A stretch of DNA of 64,000 nt from Spirochaetaceae bacterium (GCA_965224705.1 OZ245056.1:960001-1024000), one strand, 5' to 3'. Positions 21,407-32,466 are shown, counted from the stretch's first letter. Notes: generated by a model not told the origin, from the letters alone. Translations and numbers: made by a program.

Positions 21407-22270
21407 TTATATCAACCTATCTGGTACGCTGCGGTATTTTGATCTCACACGCCAACACTCTTCCAGTATGAGATAATTTTTTGTGTCTTGTAGAATGTAC
21501 TCGGCAAACCGTAGAGACCCCAAATGGCGATGCAGTCTTTTGTTTGGAATCTCAAGCGAAAATATTTCGCAACTGATATTGTCCAGGTAATTGAGTATCG
21601 CTATATCACCTCGGCCAGCAGGATATCTTGCCTCACGCGCGATATGCTTTTGCCCCTTGAAACTCTTTATCCCTTTGCCCTTCGCATCGCACAAGTGAAC
21701 AAAATGCAGATGCTTTTGATCTATTGCTTTCAATTCATTCGGATCGGTCCTGGTTCTATAGAGATGCAATAGATCCAGCAATATGCCGGAGTTCTCACAC
21801 TGCGCGTCTCTTACAAATTTATTTGTGGTCTGAACATCCGCCAGGGATGACCACGGAATCATTTCCACTACTACGGATATGTTATACTGTGAGGCGAATT
21901 CACATATCTGCCGAAACTTATCCAGGCTGACATTCAAATTTGTACTGTGAACTTGGGCAATAGCATACTTCGCACCTATTTGAGCCGCGGTATCGAGTAT
22001 TGGAAAAAATTCTGTACGTATATCAGTGTCGTCCTCTATCACAAGTAACTCTACATCAAGCACCTTCACACGGCTGTCGGCCAAAATTTTTTGACACTCG
22101 GTAATCGCATGTTTATCTCCCACAAGCCTGTACTTCTCTTCCTCTTGAGTAACCGAACGCAAACGAGGACTAACATATTCATAGCTGGCTTGATGAGCGA
22201 TCTTTATCAGGTTAAATATCGTTTCATCGATCAAACTTAAATGGGCTAAAGAAAATTTACTGGTGATCAT
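21407..22270 (-). CDS. Sugar phosphate isomerase/epimerase (xylose isomerase-like TIM barrel)
   Basis: VEMIPWS, LLDLLH, HLCDA, R.PAGRG, SLEIP. Confidence 0.8.
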   Translation of the reverse strand: MITSKFSLAHLSLIDETIFNLIKIAHQASYEYVSPRLRSVTQEEEKYRLVGDKHAITECQKILADSRVKVLDVELLVIEDDTDIRTEFFPILDTAAQIGAKYAIAQVHSTNLNVSLDKFRQICEFASQYNISVVVEMIPWSSLADVQTTNKFVRDAQCENSGILLDLLHLYRTRTDPNELKAIDQKHLHFVHLCDAKGKGIKSFKGQKHIAREARYPAGRGDIAILNYLDNISCEIFSLEIPNKRLHRHLGSLRFAEYILQDTKNYLILEECWRVRSKYRSVPDRLI

Positions 22271-23081
22271 CTTTTACTCCACTCTGCTTGTAATATGGTA
22301 TAAAGTCCCTTGGAATAGGTCCTTTGTTTTTCGTGCCGCTTTGCATCTCTTCCCACGCATGCGCGAGGATCCCCACCCCGCGAGCCAAACAAAAGAGTCC
22401 ACGGCAAAGCGGAGCGGGTATTCCCAATTCACAGAAAATAATGGCAGCAGCACCATCTACATTCATGGGAATGGGCATTGATTTGCCTTGACTGATTTGC
22501 CGCTGTACTTCCAAAGCAATATCCTTGAACACACCGCTAATGTGTCCGTCACGCACGCAGCTCTCAACTATCTCAACCGTCTTCAGCGCGCGCGGATCTG
22601 AATTTTTGTGAAATCGATGACCATAACCCGGAATTGTCTTTCCATGCTTCGCTCTCTGTGCCGCAAGGCCATCCGCGACACTTCTTTGCATGGGTGTTCC
22701 TGTGTTCATTTCGCGCGCTATCGCGTAGAAAAGCTCTGCACACCCTTGCCCTGCTCCCCCATGGTTGTCTCCCAATACGTTGATGGCACTTGCAAGCACA
22801 TTGTTAATGCTTATTCCACAAGTAGATGACATTCTGGCAATGGCTATGGATGGAGCCTGCGGACCGTGATCTACAGACATTACCATTGCTACATCAAAGA
22901 GCTTTGCCTCTTCGGGAGTAAGATTTTTTCCCAGGATCACAAGCAGCATCATTTGGGAAAATGATTTTGCCTCCATCAAATCCTCAATGGGCGAACCGCG
23001 GAAACTGATACTCCCGGGTTTCATGTCTATGATTGAATTCTCCCACCACTTTTCTACCTTAAGACGATCTTCACTCTTCAT
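22257..23081 (-). CDS. Citryl-CoA lyase / citrate synthase-like protein
   Basis: DHGPQAPS, HGGAG, IPGYGHRFH..DPR, NVDGA. Confidence 0.85.
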   Translation of the reverse strand: MKSEDRLKVEKWWENSIIDMKPGSISFRGSPIEDLMEAKSFSQMMLLVILGKNLTPEEAKLFDVAMVMSVDHGPQAPSIAIARMSSTCGISINNVLASAINVLGDNHGGAGQGCAELFYAIAREMNTGTPMQRSVADGLAAQRAKHGKTIPGYGHRFHKNSDPRALKTVEIVESCVRDGHISGVFKDIALEVQRQISQGKSMPIPMNVDGAAAIIFCELGIPAPLCRGLFCLARGVGILAHAWEEMQSGTKNKGPIPRDFIPYYKQSGVKDDHQ

Positions 23082-23259
23082 CCTGCTTCTCTCGAAGTGT
23101 ATGTAAAACTAAAATTTATTATATGTCAAGGGCAATATCATAAATTATTAAAAATATATGATATTTTAGATCTCTATACGGAAGTGTGGATAATTTCAGA
23201 TTGTCACCTATGTATTACGAAAAAAAGAGAACCGTTCTTCTACGAGCACAAACTCCCTA

Positions 23260-23907
23260 TTATTCGGTGAACAACTGAGAAGCCTTGTAGATATGTTCTT
23301 TGAGAACCTTTGATGCGCCGGAAGCATTACGCTCCAGGCAGTACTGCAGAAGTGCTTTGTGCTCCTCTGCCGCGACAACTCCCCGAAATCCCAAAGCGTT
23401 TATTTGATAGCGCAAATACTTCGTATAGATGATTTCGTGAAGAGACATAAGCTCTGTAGAGTTAGAGGCAGACACGATTGCCTTGTGAAACTCAAAGTCA
23501 GCGATACACAAATCGTAGGAATTGTAGTCCCTATTATTCATAAACTTCTCTTCATATTTGTGCAATCGATAGTGAGCCGCTATTATTTGGCTCTCCCAGT
23601 TAAGATCGCCCTCTTTGAGAGATAGTTTCATCATGTCCGCCTCAAGCAAATACCGTAGATAGATAAGTTCATCCAAATGCTTTTTTGTGAGAGGTGCCAC
23701 ACAAAATCCTTTTTGCTCTTCCGCGACAATGAATCCGTCGTTGGTCAATCTGTTAAGCACTTCACGAATTGTGGATATGCTGACGTTGTAACCATTTTTT
23801 AATTCGGTTAGCTTCAGCTTTTGCCCCGCCTTCAATGTGCCGTGAATTACATCGTGCAAGATGGTATGGTAGGCGATAGTGCCGACAGATCTGCTTTCTT
23901 TGCTCAT
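23260..23907 (-). CDS. GntR/FCD family transcriptional regulator
   Basis: N-terminal wHTH (VSISTIREVLNRL) and FCD domain (FHKAIV). Confidence 0.9.
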   Translation of the reverse strand: MSKESRSVGTIAYHTILHDVIHGTLKAGQKLKLTELKNGYNVSISTIREVLNRLTNDGFIVAEEQKGFCVAPLTKKHLDELIYLRYLLEADMMKLSLKEGDLNWESQIIAAHYRLHKYEEKFMNNRDYNSYDLCIADFEFHKAIVSASNSTELMSLHEIIYTKYLRYQINALGFRGVVAAEEHKALLQYCLERNASGASKVLKEHIYKASQLFTE

Positions 23908-24187
23908 TTATCAACCCTGCTTCTTCTCCCGAAGTCCCTTCATGGATTGCAATGCTATCATATAATCTCGAAAAAATGCAATGAAATACATGGAATGATA
24001 TTTCAAATCGTGTATGGAATTATATTTTTCTCCCATCCCTCACTCTTGGAAACCCAACAGAGAAAAACATTTATATCGGTTAAAAGTATTTTTTTATGAT
24101 ATTTTCCAAAAAATATTATATTTTCGCTATTGACAAAAAAAATATATGTTGTAGAGTGATAAAAGCAAAAATATTTGGAGGTCACAA

Positions 24188-25192
24188 ATGAAGAAATTTG
24201 TAATTGCTTTGCTGTTAACATCTGTTTCTGCCGCACTGTTCGCGGGCGGAGGCGGTGAAAAAGAGGCTGGAGCTTCTGCTGAGGAGGAGGTTGTCATCCG
24301 ATTGGCAACTTCGGCTTCAGGGACTGAAGTGCGCTCACTGGCGGTTAAGGAATATGTGGGGGGAGCCGTCAATGAATTCGGAAAGTTTGAAACGTATTGG
24401 AATTCCACCCTCTTCAAGCAAGGAACAGAGCTCGACGCGTTGGCTCGCGGAAACCTGGAAATGGTGCTTACTTCCGCACAGGAGATTGCACAGTTTATTC
24501 CTGAATTCTCTATCTTTGCAACTGGCTATGTGCATAGAGACGCCCAGCATCAAATTGCCGTATTCAATGCCGACTACATGGATGAGTTCAAGAAAATGAC
24601 TGAGGAAAAACTGAAACTAAAGCTCCTGAGTGTTGTCTATCTCGGCAGACGGAACTTAAACTTGAGGGGAGACAAGGTAATCAACACTCCCGCCGACTTA
24701 AAGGATGTAAAGCTGCGTATGCCCGGTTCAAACGCGTGGCAATTCCTCGGAAAGGCGCTGGGAGCCAATCCTACACCCATTGCCTTCGCAGAGGTTTATA
24801 CGGCACTCCAAAGCGGAGCCGTGGATGGACAGGATAATCCAATTCCGACTACAATCGATAAGAAGTTTTATGAAGTAACTAACCAGGTTATCTTGACAGG
24901 ACATTTAGTGGACTTGAACTATTTGGGTATTTCTGTTGATCTCTGGAATAAACTTACGCCCGAACAACGGCAGAAACTTCAAGACGCCGCGGACATGGTC
25001 ACCGACTCCGTATGGAGAAAACAGTCCGAGTTGGAAAAAGAGCAGGTCACATTCTTAGAGGAGCAGGGCTTAAAGGTCTATTCCCCAGATGTGGACGCAT
25101 TTCGCACACATGTGCAGCAGGAGTATTTGAATTCAGAATTCTCTCAGCAATGGCCTGAAGGATTACTGGAAAAAATCAACAACACAAAGTAG
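24188..25192 (+). CDS. dctP: TRAP transporter substrate-binding protein
   Basis: Signal peptide, DLKDVKLRMP, EVYTALQSGAVDGQDNP. Confidence 0.9.
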   Translation: MKKFVIALLLTSVSAALFAGGGGEKEAGASAEEEVVIRLATSASGTEVRSLAVKEYVGGAVNEFGKFETYWNSTLFKQGTELDALARGNLEMVLTSAQEIAQFIPEFSIFATGYVHRDAQHQIAVFNADYMDEFKKMTEEKLKLKLLSVVYLGRRNLNLRGDKVINTPADLKDVKLRMPGSNAWQFLGKALGANPTPIAFAEVYTALQSGAVDGQDNPIPTTIDKKFYEVTNQVILTGHLVDLNYLGISVDLWNKLTPEQRQKLQDAADMVTDSVWRKQSELEKEQVTFLEEQGLKVYSPDVDAFRTHVQQEYLNSEFSQQWPEGLLEKINNTK

Positions 25193-25232
25193 TTCAGCCT
25201 ATGTAGGCTGAGGCCGCTTTTTAGGATTCAAA

Positions 25233-25784
25233 ATGCAGCGGAAAATAGCAAAAGGGTTCCACACCACCATAAAAGTTACAAAATTGATTGCGAACTACAT
25301 CGGCGCAGCAATGCTGCTTGTTATTTTCCTTGCGTTTTGTATCAACGTCATTTTGCGATACACCTTAGGCATATCTTTTGGATGGATTGTTGAATTTTCT
25401 CTTATTCTATGGCTCTGGGTAGTTTTTCTTGGAGCGGGTATATTTTTAGAAAACGATGACCACGTTTCTCTTGTCTATATGTACAGGGCGTTTCACAAGA
25501 AAATACGCCTCTCGCTGAAGGCATTCGCCTGCTCAGTTATTTTCTTCGGCGGTTTTTTTATGATCGCGCCAGTGTGGGATTATGTGGATTTCCTAAAAAT
25601 CAGATACAGCGATGTCATCGGCATCCCGATGAACAATATTTTTTCTGTTTATAAGATATTCCTGATCTCCCTCATTCTAAGATATGGGTATTTGGTTCTT
25701 GGATATGTGCGTGAGTTGTTTTATGTGGAAGACACGGAAGATCATACTCGTTCCGAACCTCCCGCAGGACAAGGGTACGAGTAG
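25233..25784 (+). CDS. dctQ: TRAP transporter small permease
   Basis: About four hydrophobic segments; lies between dctP and dctM. Confidence 0.85.
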   Translation: MQRKIAKGFHTTIKVTKLIANYIGAAMLLVIFLAFCINVILRYTLGISFGWIVEFSLILWLWVVFLGAGIFLENDDHVSLVYMYRAFHKKIRLSLKAFACSVIFFGGFFMIAPVWDYVDFLKIRYSDVIGIPMNNIFSVYKIFLISLILRYGYLVLGYVRELFYVEDTEDHTRSEPPAGQGYE

Positions 25785-25809
25785 GCACGGAGATTGAGTT
25801 AATACCACC

Positions 25810-27105
25810 ATGGGCACAGAACTTATTGTTTTCATAATATTGCTGCTTCTGCTCGTATTGCTGGAGTTGCCCATCTCTATTTCAATAATTTTCGCGACTA
25901 TCGGCTTTCTGCTTGTATCGGGACAGGATTTGGCGATTGTTGCGGAACAGCTTCTCAATTCCCTCTTCACCAATTATCTATTGCTCGCGGTCCCGCTGTT
26001 CATCTTGTCAGCCAATCTTATGAATGCCTCAAGAGTAACAGATAAGTTATTGGATTTCTGCCTTGCGCTAGTTGGGCGCTTCAAGGGCGGCCTTGGACAC
26101 GTTAATATTGTCCTTTCCCTCATCTTCTCCGGTATGTCTGGTTCGGCCGTTGCGGATGTTGCCGGCGTCGGGAAAATCATTGTCCCGATGATGACCAAGG
26201 AAAATAAGTACAGTAGAGGATATGCCGCCGCAATAACTGCTGCCTCTTCGACAATAGGTCCAATTGTTCCCCCTTCAATTCCCATGGTGCTTTATGCGCT
26301 TGTTTCTAACGCGTCAATAGGGTATCTCTTTTTGGGAGGCATTCTTCCCGGCATCATTATGGCGATTGTGTTGATGATGATTAATGCCTCTATCGCCCGA
26401 AAAAAGAATTTCGCAGTAGAGAAAGTGGCTCCCTTAAGAGAGCTGCCGAAGAAAACCGCTGTCGCATTTCCTTCCCTTATGCTTCCCGTAATTCTGTTGT
26501 ACGGGATATACGGTGGAGTAATGACCGCGACAGAAGCCGCAGCCATTGCGGCGCTGTACGCGCTTTTAATTGATATAGTGATATACCGCGGATTGACTTT
26601 TAAGAAATTTGTGAAGGCGATGTCAGATACAGCAAGAGCCTCCGCTGCGGCGGGCTTCATTGTGGGGAGCTCACTGATAATGAACTACGTGGTCGTAAGT
26701 CAGAACATTCCCGGCATGCTTTTCGGCATGTTTGAAAGTATTCATATACATCCGTTCCTGTTTATGCTTATGATCAACGTACTGGTACTCGCCTTGGGGT
26801 GCCTGTTGGATGCCTCGGTCATTATACTGGTCATAATCCCCCTCTTCCTTCCAACCGTCGAGAATTTAGGAATCGATATAGTCTATTTTGGAGTGGTTAT
26901 CGTCATTAATTGTATGATTGGACTCATCACACCACCGTACGGAGTTATCATTTTGGTAATAAACTCTATTATGAAGATACCCCTTGGTGAGATAGTAAAA
27001 GAAATATGGCCGTTCTTATTATCACTGATTGGTTTTTTGATTCTTCTAATACTGTTCCCAGATATAGTACTTTTCATCCCCAGACTATTAGGATATCAGG
27101 GATAG
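25810..27105 (+). CDS. dctM: TRAP transporter large permease
   Basis: AVPLFIL, SGMSGSAVAD, IVPPSIPM, GLITPPYG. Confidence 0.92.
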   Translation: MGTELIVFIILLLLLVLLELPISISIIFATIGFLLVSGQDLAIVAEQLLNSLFTNYLLLAVPLFILSANLMNASRVTDKLLDFCLALVGRFKGGLGHVNIVLSLIFSGMSGSAVADVAGVGKIIVPMMTKENKYSRGYAAAITAASSTIGPIVPPSIPMVLYALVSNASIGYLFLGGILPGIIMAIVLMMINASIARKKNFAVEKVAPLRELPKKTAVAFPSLMLPVILLYGIYGGVMTATEAAAIAALYALLIDIVIYRGLTFKKFVKAMSDTARASAAAGFIVGSSLIMNYVVVSQNIPGMLFGMFESIHIHPFLFMLMINVLVLALGCLLDASVIILVIIPLFLPTVENLGIDIVYFGVVIVINCMIGLITPPYGVIILVINSIMKIPLGEIVKEIWPFLLSLIGFLILLILFPDIVLFIPRLLGYQG

Positions 27106-27197
27106 CGCTTCTCTTTATCGAGTCTTGGAAAGGGCCAAAAAATATTTCAAAGACAAATGTCAACAACTCGAAAATGAGTTGGACTGGTAAATGTATA

Positions 27198-27336
27198 AGG
27201 CGCCTCTAAAAAACCCGCTTGCGGAATCTGGCGCAGAGATTTTTTACTAATACAAGGCGACAAAAGCTCAAGCTAGCTTAAGCTGCGTGAGCATTTTGGC
27301 AGCGCAGCAGCAGTGGTAAAGATCAAGCCAGAAGCA
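27198..27336. mobile_element. Truncated MITE family B copy
   Basis: ggcgcctctaaaaaacccgc... similar to 4130-4265; lacks the right TIR. Confidence 0.75.
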
Positions 27337-27617
27337 GTCATGCCTAATGCCGCATTTTAGCGAAAACTGAATCCATACAGATTCCGGTCTGCATTATTGT
27401 ATCCAGTTTTTGCTGTATGCGTCGGACTTGTTTGCATACATTGCAGCTTTTTGAGTGTCGTTTTGGACCATTGAGTTTTCCCGCAGGTATTCACACAGCA
27501 TAAGCATCGCCCCTAAACGCAAGGCATAGCCATCCTGTACCGCATACATAGCTCCATAAATTTGAAAATCCTCAAAATGGTTTCACAGAAGGTGAAACCT
27601 AAATGCGCAAATAGGGG
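27337..27617. mobile_element. Possible IS1380-like right-end remnant
   Basis: Ends in GCAAATAGGGG followed by CTAA, like the right end of the IS1380 copies; no transposase ORF. Confidence 0.4.
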
Positions 27618-27631
27618 CTAAAATATCTCCG

Positions 27632-28726
27632 CTAGCGGTCCACCCGAGCTCCCCCTCCGGACACAAGCTTTTCCACCTCCGCGAGGGAGGCTGTGGAAGT
27701 GTCCCCGGAGGTTGTCATGGCCAGGGCACCGTGGGCGGCCCCGTAGTTCACACAGTCCTGGGGCGGCCTCCCCGTCAGAAAACCGTAGATCAAGCCGGAA
27801 GCAAAGGAATCGCCGCCGCCCACCCGGTCGAGGATTTCAAGGTTTTCCCATCCCATGGATTCATGAAATGCCCCTTCACAGTACAATAATGCTCTCCAAT
27901 CATTTAAGGTGGCCGTCCTGACTTCCCGCAGAGTGGCCGCCACCGCCTTGAAATTCGGATAGGCATCAACCGCCCGTTTCATCATCCGGCGATAGCTTTC
28001 AATCTTCAGATTGTTCACATCCCCCTCATCGACGGGTATACCCAGGGCGGCGGAGAAGTCCTCTTCGTTGCCCAGCATAACATCCACCAGCGGGGCTATC
28101 CGGCGATTGACCTCCTGGGCCCGGGGCTGTCCTCCCCTAAACTGCCACAGAGAGGGCCGATAGTTAAGATCGTAGCTCACGATGGTTCCCGCTGCTTTGG
28201 CGGCCTTCATCGCTTCAATGCTTATCTCGGCGGTGGTATCCGAGAGAGCGGCAAAAATACCACCGCAGTGGAACCAGCGTACCCCCTCGTTCCCGAAAAG
28301 GCTTCTCCAATCCACGTCTCCGGGCTTCAGGGCGGAGGCGGCCGTATGTCCCCGGTCAGATACTCCTTTGGCCCCCCTTATGCCAAATCCCCTCTCCACG
28401 AAGTTCAAGCCCTGCCTGGCGGAAAGACCCATCCCATCATAGGGATACCATTTTGCCCTGGAGATATCCACTCCTCCCTGAAAAAGGAGGTCCTCCAGAA
28501 GATATCCCAGTTCGTTTTCAGGAATCCCCGTGATGACAGTGCTGCGCTGACCGAAACAGCGTTTCAATCCTCTCATGACATTGTACTCACCGCCTCCTTC
28601 CCATACATTGAAGGAACGGGCCGTCCTTACCCTTCCTTCTCCGGGATCGAAGCGGAGCATGATTTCCCCCATGGCGGCGGCATCCCAACGGCACTCGGAT
28701 GATGGACGGATTTTTAGTTTATCCAT
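27632..28726 (-). CDS. kdgK: PfkB family sugar kinase (2-keto-3-deoxygluconate kinase-like)
   Basis: GEIMLRFDP, GGGEYNV, SYDLNYRPSLW, DRVGGGDSFASG. Confidence 0.8.
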   Translation of the reverse strand: MDKLKIRPSSECRWDAAAMGEIMLRFDPGEGRVRTARSFNVWEGGGEYNVMRGLKRCFGQRSTVITGIPENELGYLLEDLLFQGGVDISRAKWYPYDGMGLSARQGLNFVERGFGIRGAKGVSDRGHTAASALKPGDVDWRSLFGNEGVRWFHCGGIFAALSDTTAEISIEAMKAAKAAGTIVSYDLNYRPSLWQFRGGQPRAQEVNRRIAPLVDVMLGNEEDFSAALGIPVDEGDVNNLKIESYRRMMKRAVDAYPNFKAVAATLREVRTATLNDWRALLYCEGAFHESMGWENLEILDRVGGGDSFASGLIYGFLTGRPPQDCVNYGAAHGALAMTTSGDTSTASLAEVEKLVSGGGARVDR

Positions 28727-29708
28727 GATTTTTTCCTCCACTGGCAGGGATTTTGAACACCGGATGCAAGGCCTCTTCACCCCGCAAAACCCTGACCACT
28801 TCCTCAGCGGCCCTCCGTTTTAGATCAGTTTTGGCCTCCTCCGAATACCAGGCCGCATGGGGTGTCAGAACAACATGCGGAAACTTTCTCAACGGACTAT
28901 CCTTTTCAAGGGGTTCAACCTCGCAAACATCGATTCCTGCACCGGCCAGCTGCCCGTTTTCCAGAGCCTCGACCAGCGCATTCTGATCCACAAGTCCACC
29001 CCGGGCGGTATTGATGAGAACCGAGCCTTTTTTCATTTTCCGGAAGCTTTCCCGATTAAACAGGTGGTAAGTATCCTCCGTCAGGGGAGCATGGAGGCTT
29101 ATTGCATCGGATTGGGATAGAAGGGTGTCAAAATCGACGTGTTCGATGTCCTGCTGAGCGATGAGATCAGGGTCCATGAAGGGATCGGCGGCTATCACGC
29201 GGAAGCCGAAAGCCCTTGCCTTCCGCGCCGTCTCCGCGCCGATGCGGCCGCATCCGGTCAAACCAAGGGTGAGGGTGGACAGACGCCGCAGGGGAACCGC
29301 TTTTTTCACATCCCAGATACCGTTCTTTACCTGACTGTTCAGAAAGGACACCTTTCTCAGAACGTTCAAAAGCAGGGTAAGCGTGTGGTCGGAAACCTCC
29401 GCGACCCCGTAGTCGGGGACATTGGCAACCACCACCCCATGCCGTGCAGCCGAATCAAGATCGATGGAATCGACACCGACACCGTATCGGGCAATGACTT
29501 TGAGCTTCTTCAATGCCTGAAAAACCCCTTCGGTGATCGGCGCATATTGAACGATGAGCGCGTCCGCATCCTTTGCCTGGGCGATAAGCTCCGATTCAGT
29601 ACGGCATTGAAGGGGGATGAGGGCCGCGTCAATCGTGGAGATTACCGCTTCCTCTTCTTTGAGCGAAGCGTAGTCGAAATCGGTGACATAGATGGAATAT
29701 CGGTTCAT
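28719..29708 (-). CDS. D-isomer-specific 2-hydroxyacid dehydrogenase
   Basis: RYGVGVD, GCGRIG, INTARGG, TPHAAW. Confidence 0.9.
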   Translation of the reverse strand: MNRYSIYVTDFDYASLKEEEAVISTIDAALIPLQCRTESELIAQAKDADALIVQYAPITEGVFQALKKLKVIARYGVGVDSIDLDSAARHGVVVANVPDYGVAEVSDHTLTLLLNVLRKVSFLNSQVKNGIWDVKKAVPLRRLSTLTLGLTGCGRIGAETARKARAFGFRVIAADPFMDPDLIAQQDIEHVDFDTLLSQSDAISLHAPLTEDTYHLFNRESFRKMKKGSVLINTARGGLVDQNALVEALENGQLAGAGIDVCEVEPLEKDSPLRKFPHVVLTPHAAWYSEEAKTDLKRRAAEEVVRVLRGEEALHPVFKIPASGGKNHG

Positions 29709-30808
29709 GCGTCTTTCTCCACCTGGAATTCATCCAGTTTCTCCCAATCGAATTCAACGCCGATGCCCGGGGAATCCGGTGCCCGGGCGATGCCGTCTTC
29801 CACCCTTACCGGATATTGCGTGTATTGATCGATGAAAAAAGAATGGATTTCCATGTATCCCGCGTGGGGCATGGCGGCCAGAAGACTCACATGGAGTTCC
29901 TGCATGCCGTGGGTACAGACCGGAAGGTGAAAACATTTGGCCAGAGCGGCCACCCTCAGCCAGCCGGTGATGCCGCCGACGTTGGACGCATCGGGGGTGG
30001 GGTAGGCTATCCGCCCGTACTGCATGGCCAGACGGTGCTGGTTTTCAGAATGAAGATTCTCTCCCATGGCGAGTGATAGTGCACAGCGGCGGTTCAGTTC
30101 CCTGTATCCGTCAAAATGACGGGGATTCAGCGGTTCTTCCAGCCAGTAGATGTTCTGTCTTTGCAGCTCCGGCGCGGCCTTCAGCACCGTTGGAATATCC
30201 CAGGACGCATTGGCATCGATCATGAAATCTCTTTCCGGGCCAATCATCTCACGGACAGCACGCACCCTCTGAAGATCTTCCTCCAGGTTTTTTTTGCCGA
30301 CCTTGATTTTCACCGCCCTATGCCCTGCCTCAAGCTGAGCTTGAAGGCTGGACAGAAGCTCTTCCTGGGTGAACCCAAGATCAATACCCCCGTAATAGCA
30401 GTTTACCTCCCTGTGTTGACCCCCGATCATCCGCCACAGAGGCAATCCCGCCGCCCGGCACCGGAGATCCCAGAGGGCAATATCCACCGCTGAGATCGCG
30501 AAGGAGGAAATACCTCCCCGACCGACATAGTTGACCCGGACCGTCATTTCTTCGGTCAGATTTTCCACGGCCGCCGCATCCTTCCCCAGAATCACCGGGA
30601 TGATATCGTCCTGAATCATCGCCCGGATGGCCCTGCCGCCGAATCCGCCGGTGTAGGTGTAACCGGTTCCCATCAGACCGTTTTCCAGTTCCACCGTCGC
30701 GGTCAGTATCTCAAAATGGGTCTGTTCACCGTGTTCCGCATCGACAAGAGGAAGCTCCAGAGGAATGCGGTAATGACCCACCCTCACATCTTTAATCGTT
30801 CTTTCCAT
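29705..30808 (-). CDS. Mandelate racemase/enolase superfamily, resembling 3,6-anhydrogalactonate cycloisomerase
   Basis: DA.HG...HFE, GTGYTYTGG.GG, YVGRGGIS.FA.SAVDIALWD, KIK, DAN, EEP, AMGENLH, PVCTHGMQELHVSL, GIGVEFDW. These match my recollection of the Vibrio EJY3 cycloisomerase. Confidence 0.8.
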   Translation of the reverse strand: MERTIKDVRVGHYRIPLELPLVDAEHGEQTHFEILTATVELENGLMGTGYTYTGGFGGRAIRAMIQDDIIPVILGKDAAAVENLTEEMTVRVNYVGRGGISSFAISAVDIALWDLRCRAAGLPLWRMIGGQHREVNCYYGGIDLGFTQEELLSSLQAQLEAGHRAVKIKVGKKNLEEDLQRVRAVREMIGPERDFMIDANASWDIPTVLKAAPELQRQNIYWLEEPLNPRHFDGYRELNRRCALSLAMGENLHSENQHRLAMQYGRIAYPTPDASNVGGITGWLRVAALAKCFHLPVCTHGMQELHVSLLAAMPHAGYMEIHSFFIDQYTQYPVRVEDGIARAPDSPGIGVEFDWEKLDEFQVEKDA

Positions 30809-30827
30809 ATTTTCAGTCCTGTCTGCC

Positions 30828-31703
30828 TTACTTGTTCATCAAAAGATTAGGAAGAAATGTGACCAAAAGAAGCACAACAACCAGCATGAGGCTCAGCCCG
30901 ATAATGATTCCCGGAAGAATCCCTCCGAACAGCAGGCGGCCGATCGATGTTCCGCTGACGATCCCAAAGATGACCGGGGGAATGCTCGGCGGAACGATGG
31001 GGGCCACCGTGGACGAGGTAGCGGTGATGCCCGCAGAATAGTCCCGGTCATAACCGGCATCCAGCATCGCCTTCATTTCAATCTGTCCGAAGAGCTGCTC
31101 ACTTCTTCCGTAGCTGTGTTCAAACTCCATTTTGATCTCATTATTTTTCTCCTGTTCGCATAATTCTCAGCGTGCGTAAGACATTACCTCAACTGGTTAC
31201 CGACCATTCGGTGACAAACAGTTCCTCAAGAGCGGGCCGGGCCGCTTCCACAAAAGCTTCGGGGAGGGCGACAGGGGTCGGCAGGAACCCAATCTGCTGG
31301 AACATCTTCACCCAGGATGGAATCTGGGAAACCCGAAGTTTCAGGCCCGCAGCATCTTTGGGCTTGTTGATGGGCACGTTCGCCGCCAACTGACGGACAC
31401 CTCTTTCATAGACTTCCATGGCACGCAGGTGACAACCTGAGCGGAGTCAGGTTTAACAGCCTGTACGATGTCCTTTTCCCCTCCCATCGATCCGGAGTGG
31501 AATACCTTGACTTCAATCTGACCCTGGCCAAGTTCTTCCACTTTGTTCTTGAAGGCCATGACGGTGACATAGGACTCGTCCCCTTCCGGATAGGTAGTGA
31601 CAACCGAAATGGAGATTGGTTTGTTTTCCTGTTCACCCTCTCCCCCGGCGAAAGCCATCGGTCGATGGTGAACGCCAGTAATAAAAAAAAGTGTTTTTCA
31701 TGG
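30828..31703 (-). pseudogene. Heavily deleted TRAP transporter operon (dctP and dctM fragments)
   Basis: Short fragments FKNKVEE...GGEKDI, GLKLRV, and APIVPPSIP...FGGILPG separated by deletions and frameshifts. Confidence 0.8.
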
Positions 31704-31929
31704 AACACCTTCTTAATATAATAGGATATTGTCAACATTTGATTGTCAGTTATCAACAACTGGAATGAAATTTTTTGGCTAAAAGTTAAAAAATCCTCAA
31801 AATACTAATCGGGTGTTGAGTGTTTTGTCCAGGGAGGGGGTTTTGGGTCTGGGAATGGGTGAATGGGGCGGCTGGGAGACGGACGGTGGGGGGGTAGGGG
31901 AGAAACTGGCTACTGGAGATTAGTCGTTT

Positions 31930-32190
31930 CACCTAACGGTGGTCATTGACTGCTACTCCCGCAAACTCCTTTCCTGGGGGACTCCTCTTCGCTGGTTAAA
32001 TCGTTCTGTATTGATGTAGTGCAGAGGGCCTTATGTCTTAACGGGTTGCCTGGAGTCTTCAATGCTGAGTGAAGAGTTCCAGGGCATCTTTAAGAAAAAA
32101 GCTTAAGCATGGGGTGGTAAAGGCCGGGCCATAGGTAAGGTGTATATGGAGCGGTTTTGGCGGGCGATCAAGTATGTCGAGGTGGGGTCT
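31930..32190 (+). mobile_element. IS3-family transposase (integrase core) remnant
   Basis: Decayed LTVVIDCYSRKLLSW ... G.PGVFN ... MERFWRAIKY. Confidence 0.6.
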
Positions 32191-32466
32191 CACGGATTAC
32201 AATGAAGAACATCCCCATTCATTGATTGAGGGCTTGACACCGGTTATGTTTTGTGATATCTTGAACTTGTGTTGAACATCAGGGGGAATTTCGAGAAGAA
32301 AGCAACTGAGCTTCTGGCTCCTCGGCTGTAGAAGTGTTGCTGATCAGCGTCAGGGCGGGGGGTGTGTGAAATTTGTGGAGATAAGATTTAATTCTATTCA
32401 ACGCCCGGCTTAAGAAGTTTTTACTCCTCGGCCATCCGTAGCCGCGAGAAATAGGAGAAAATAGAA

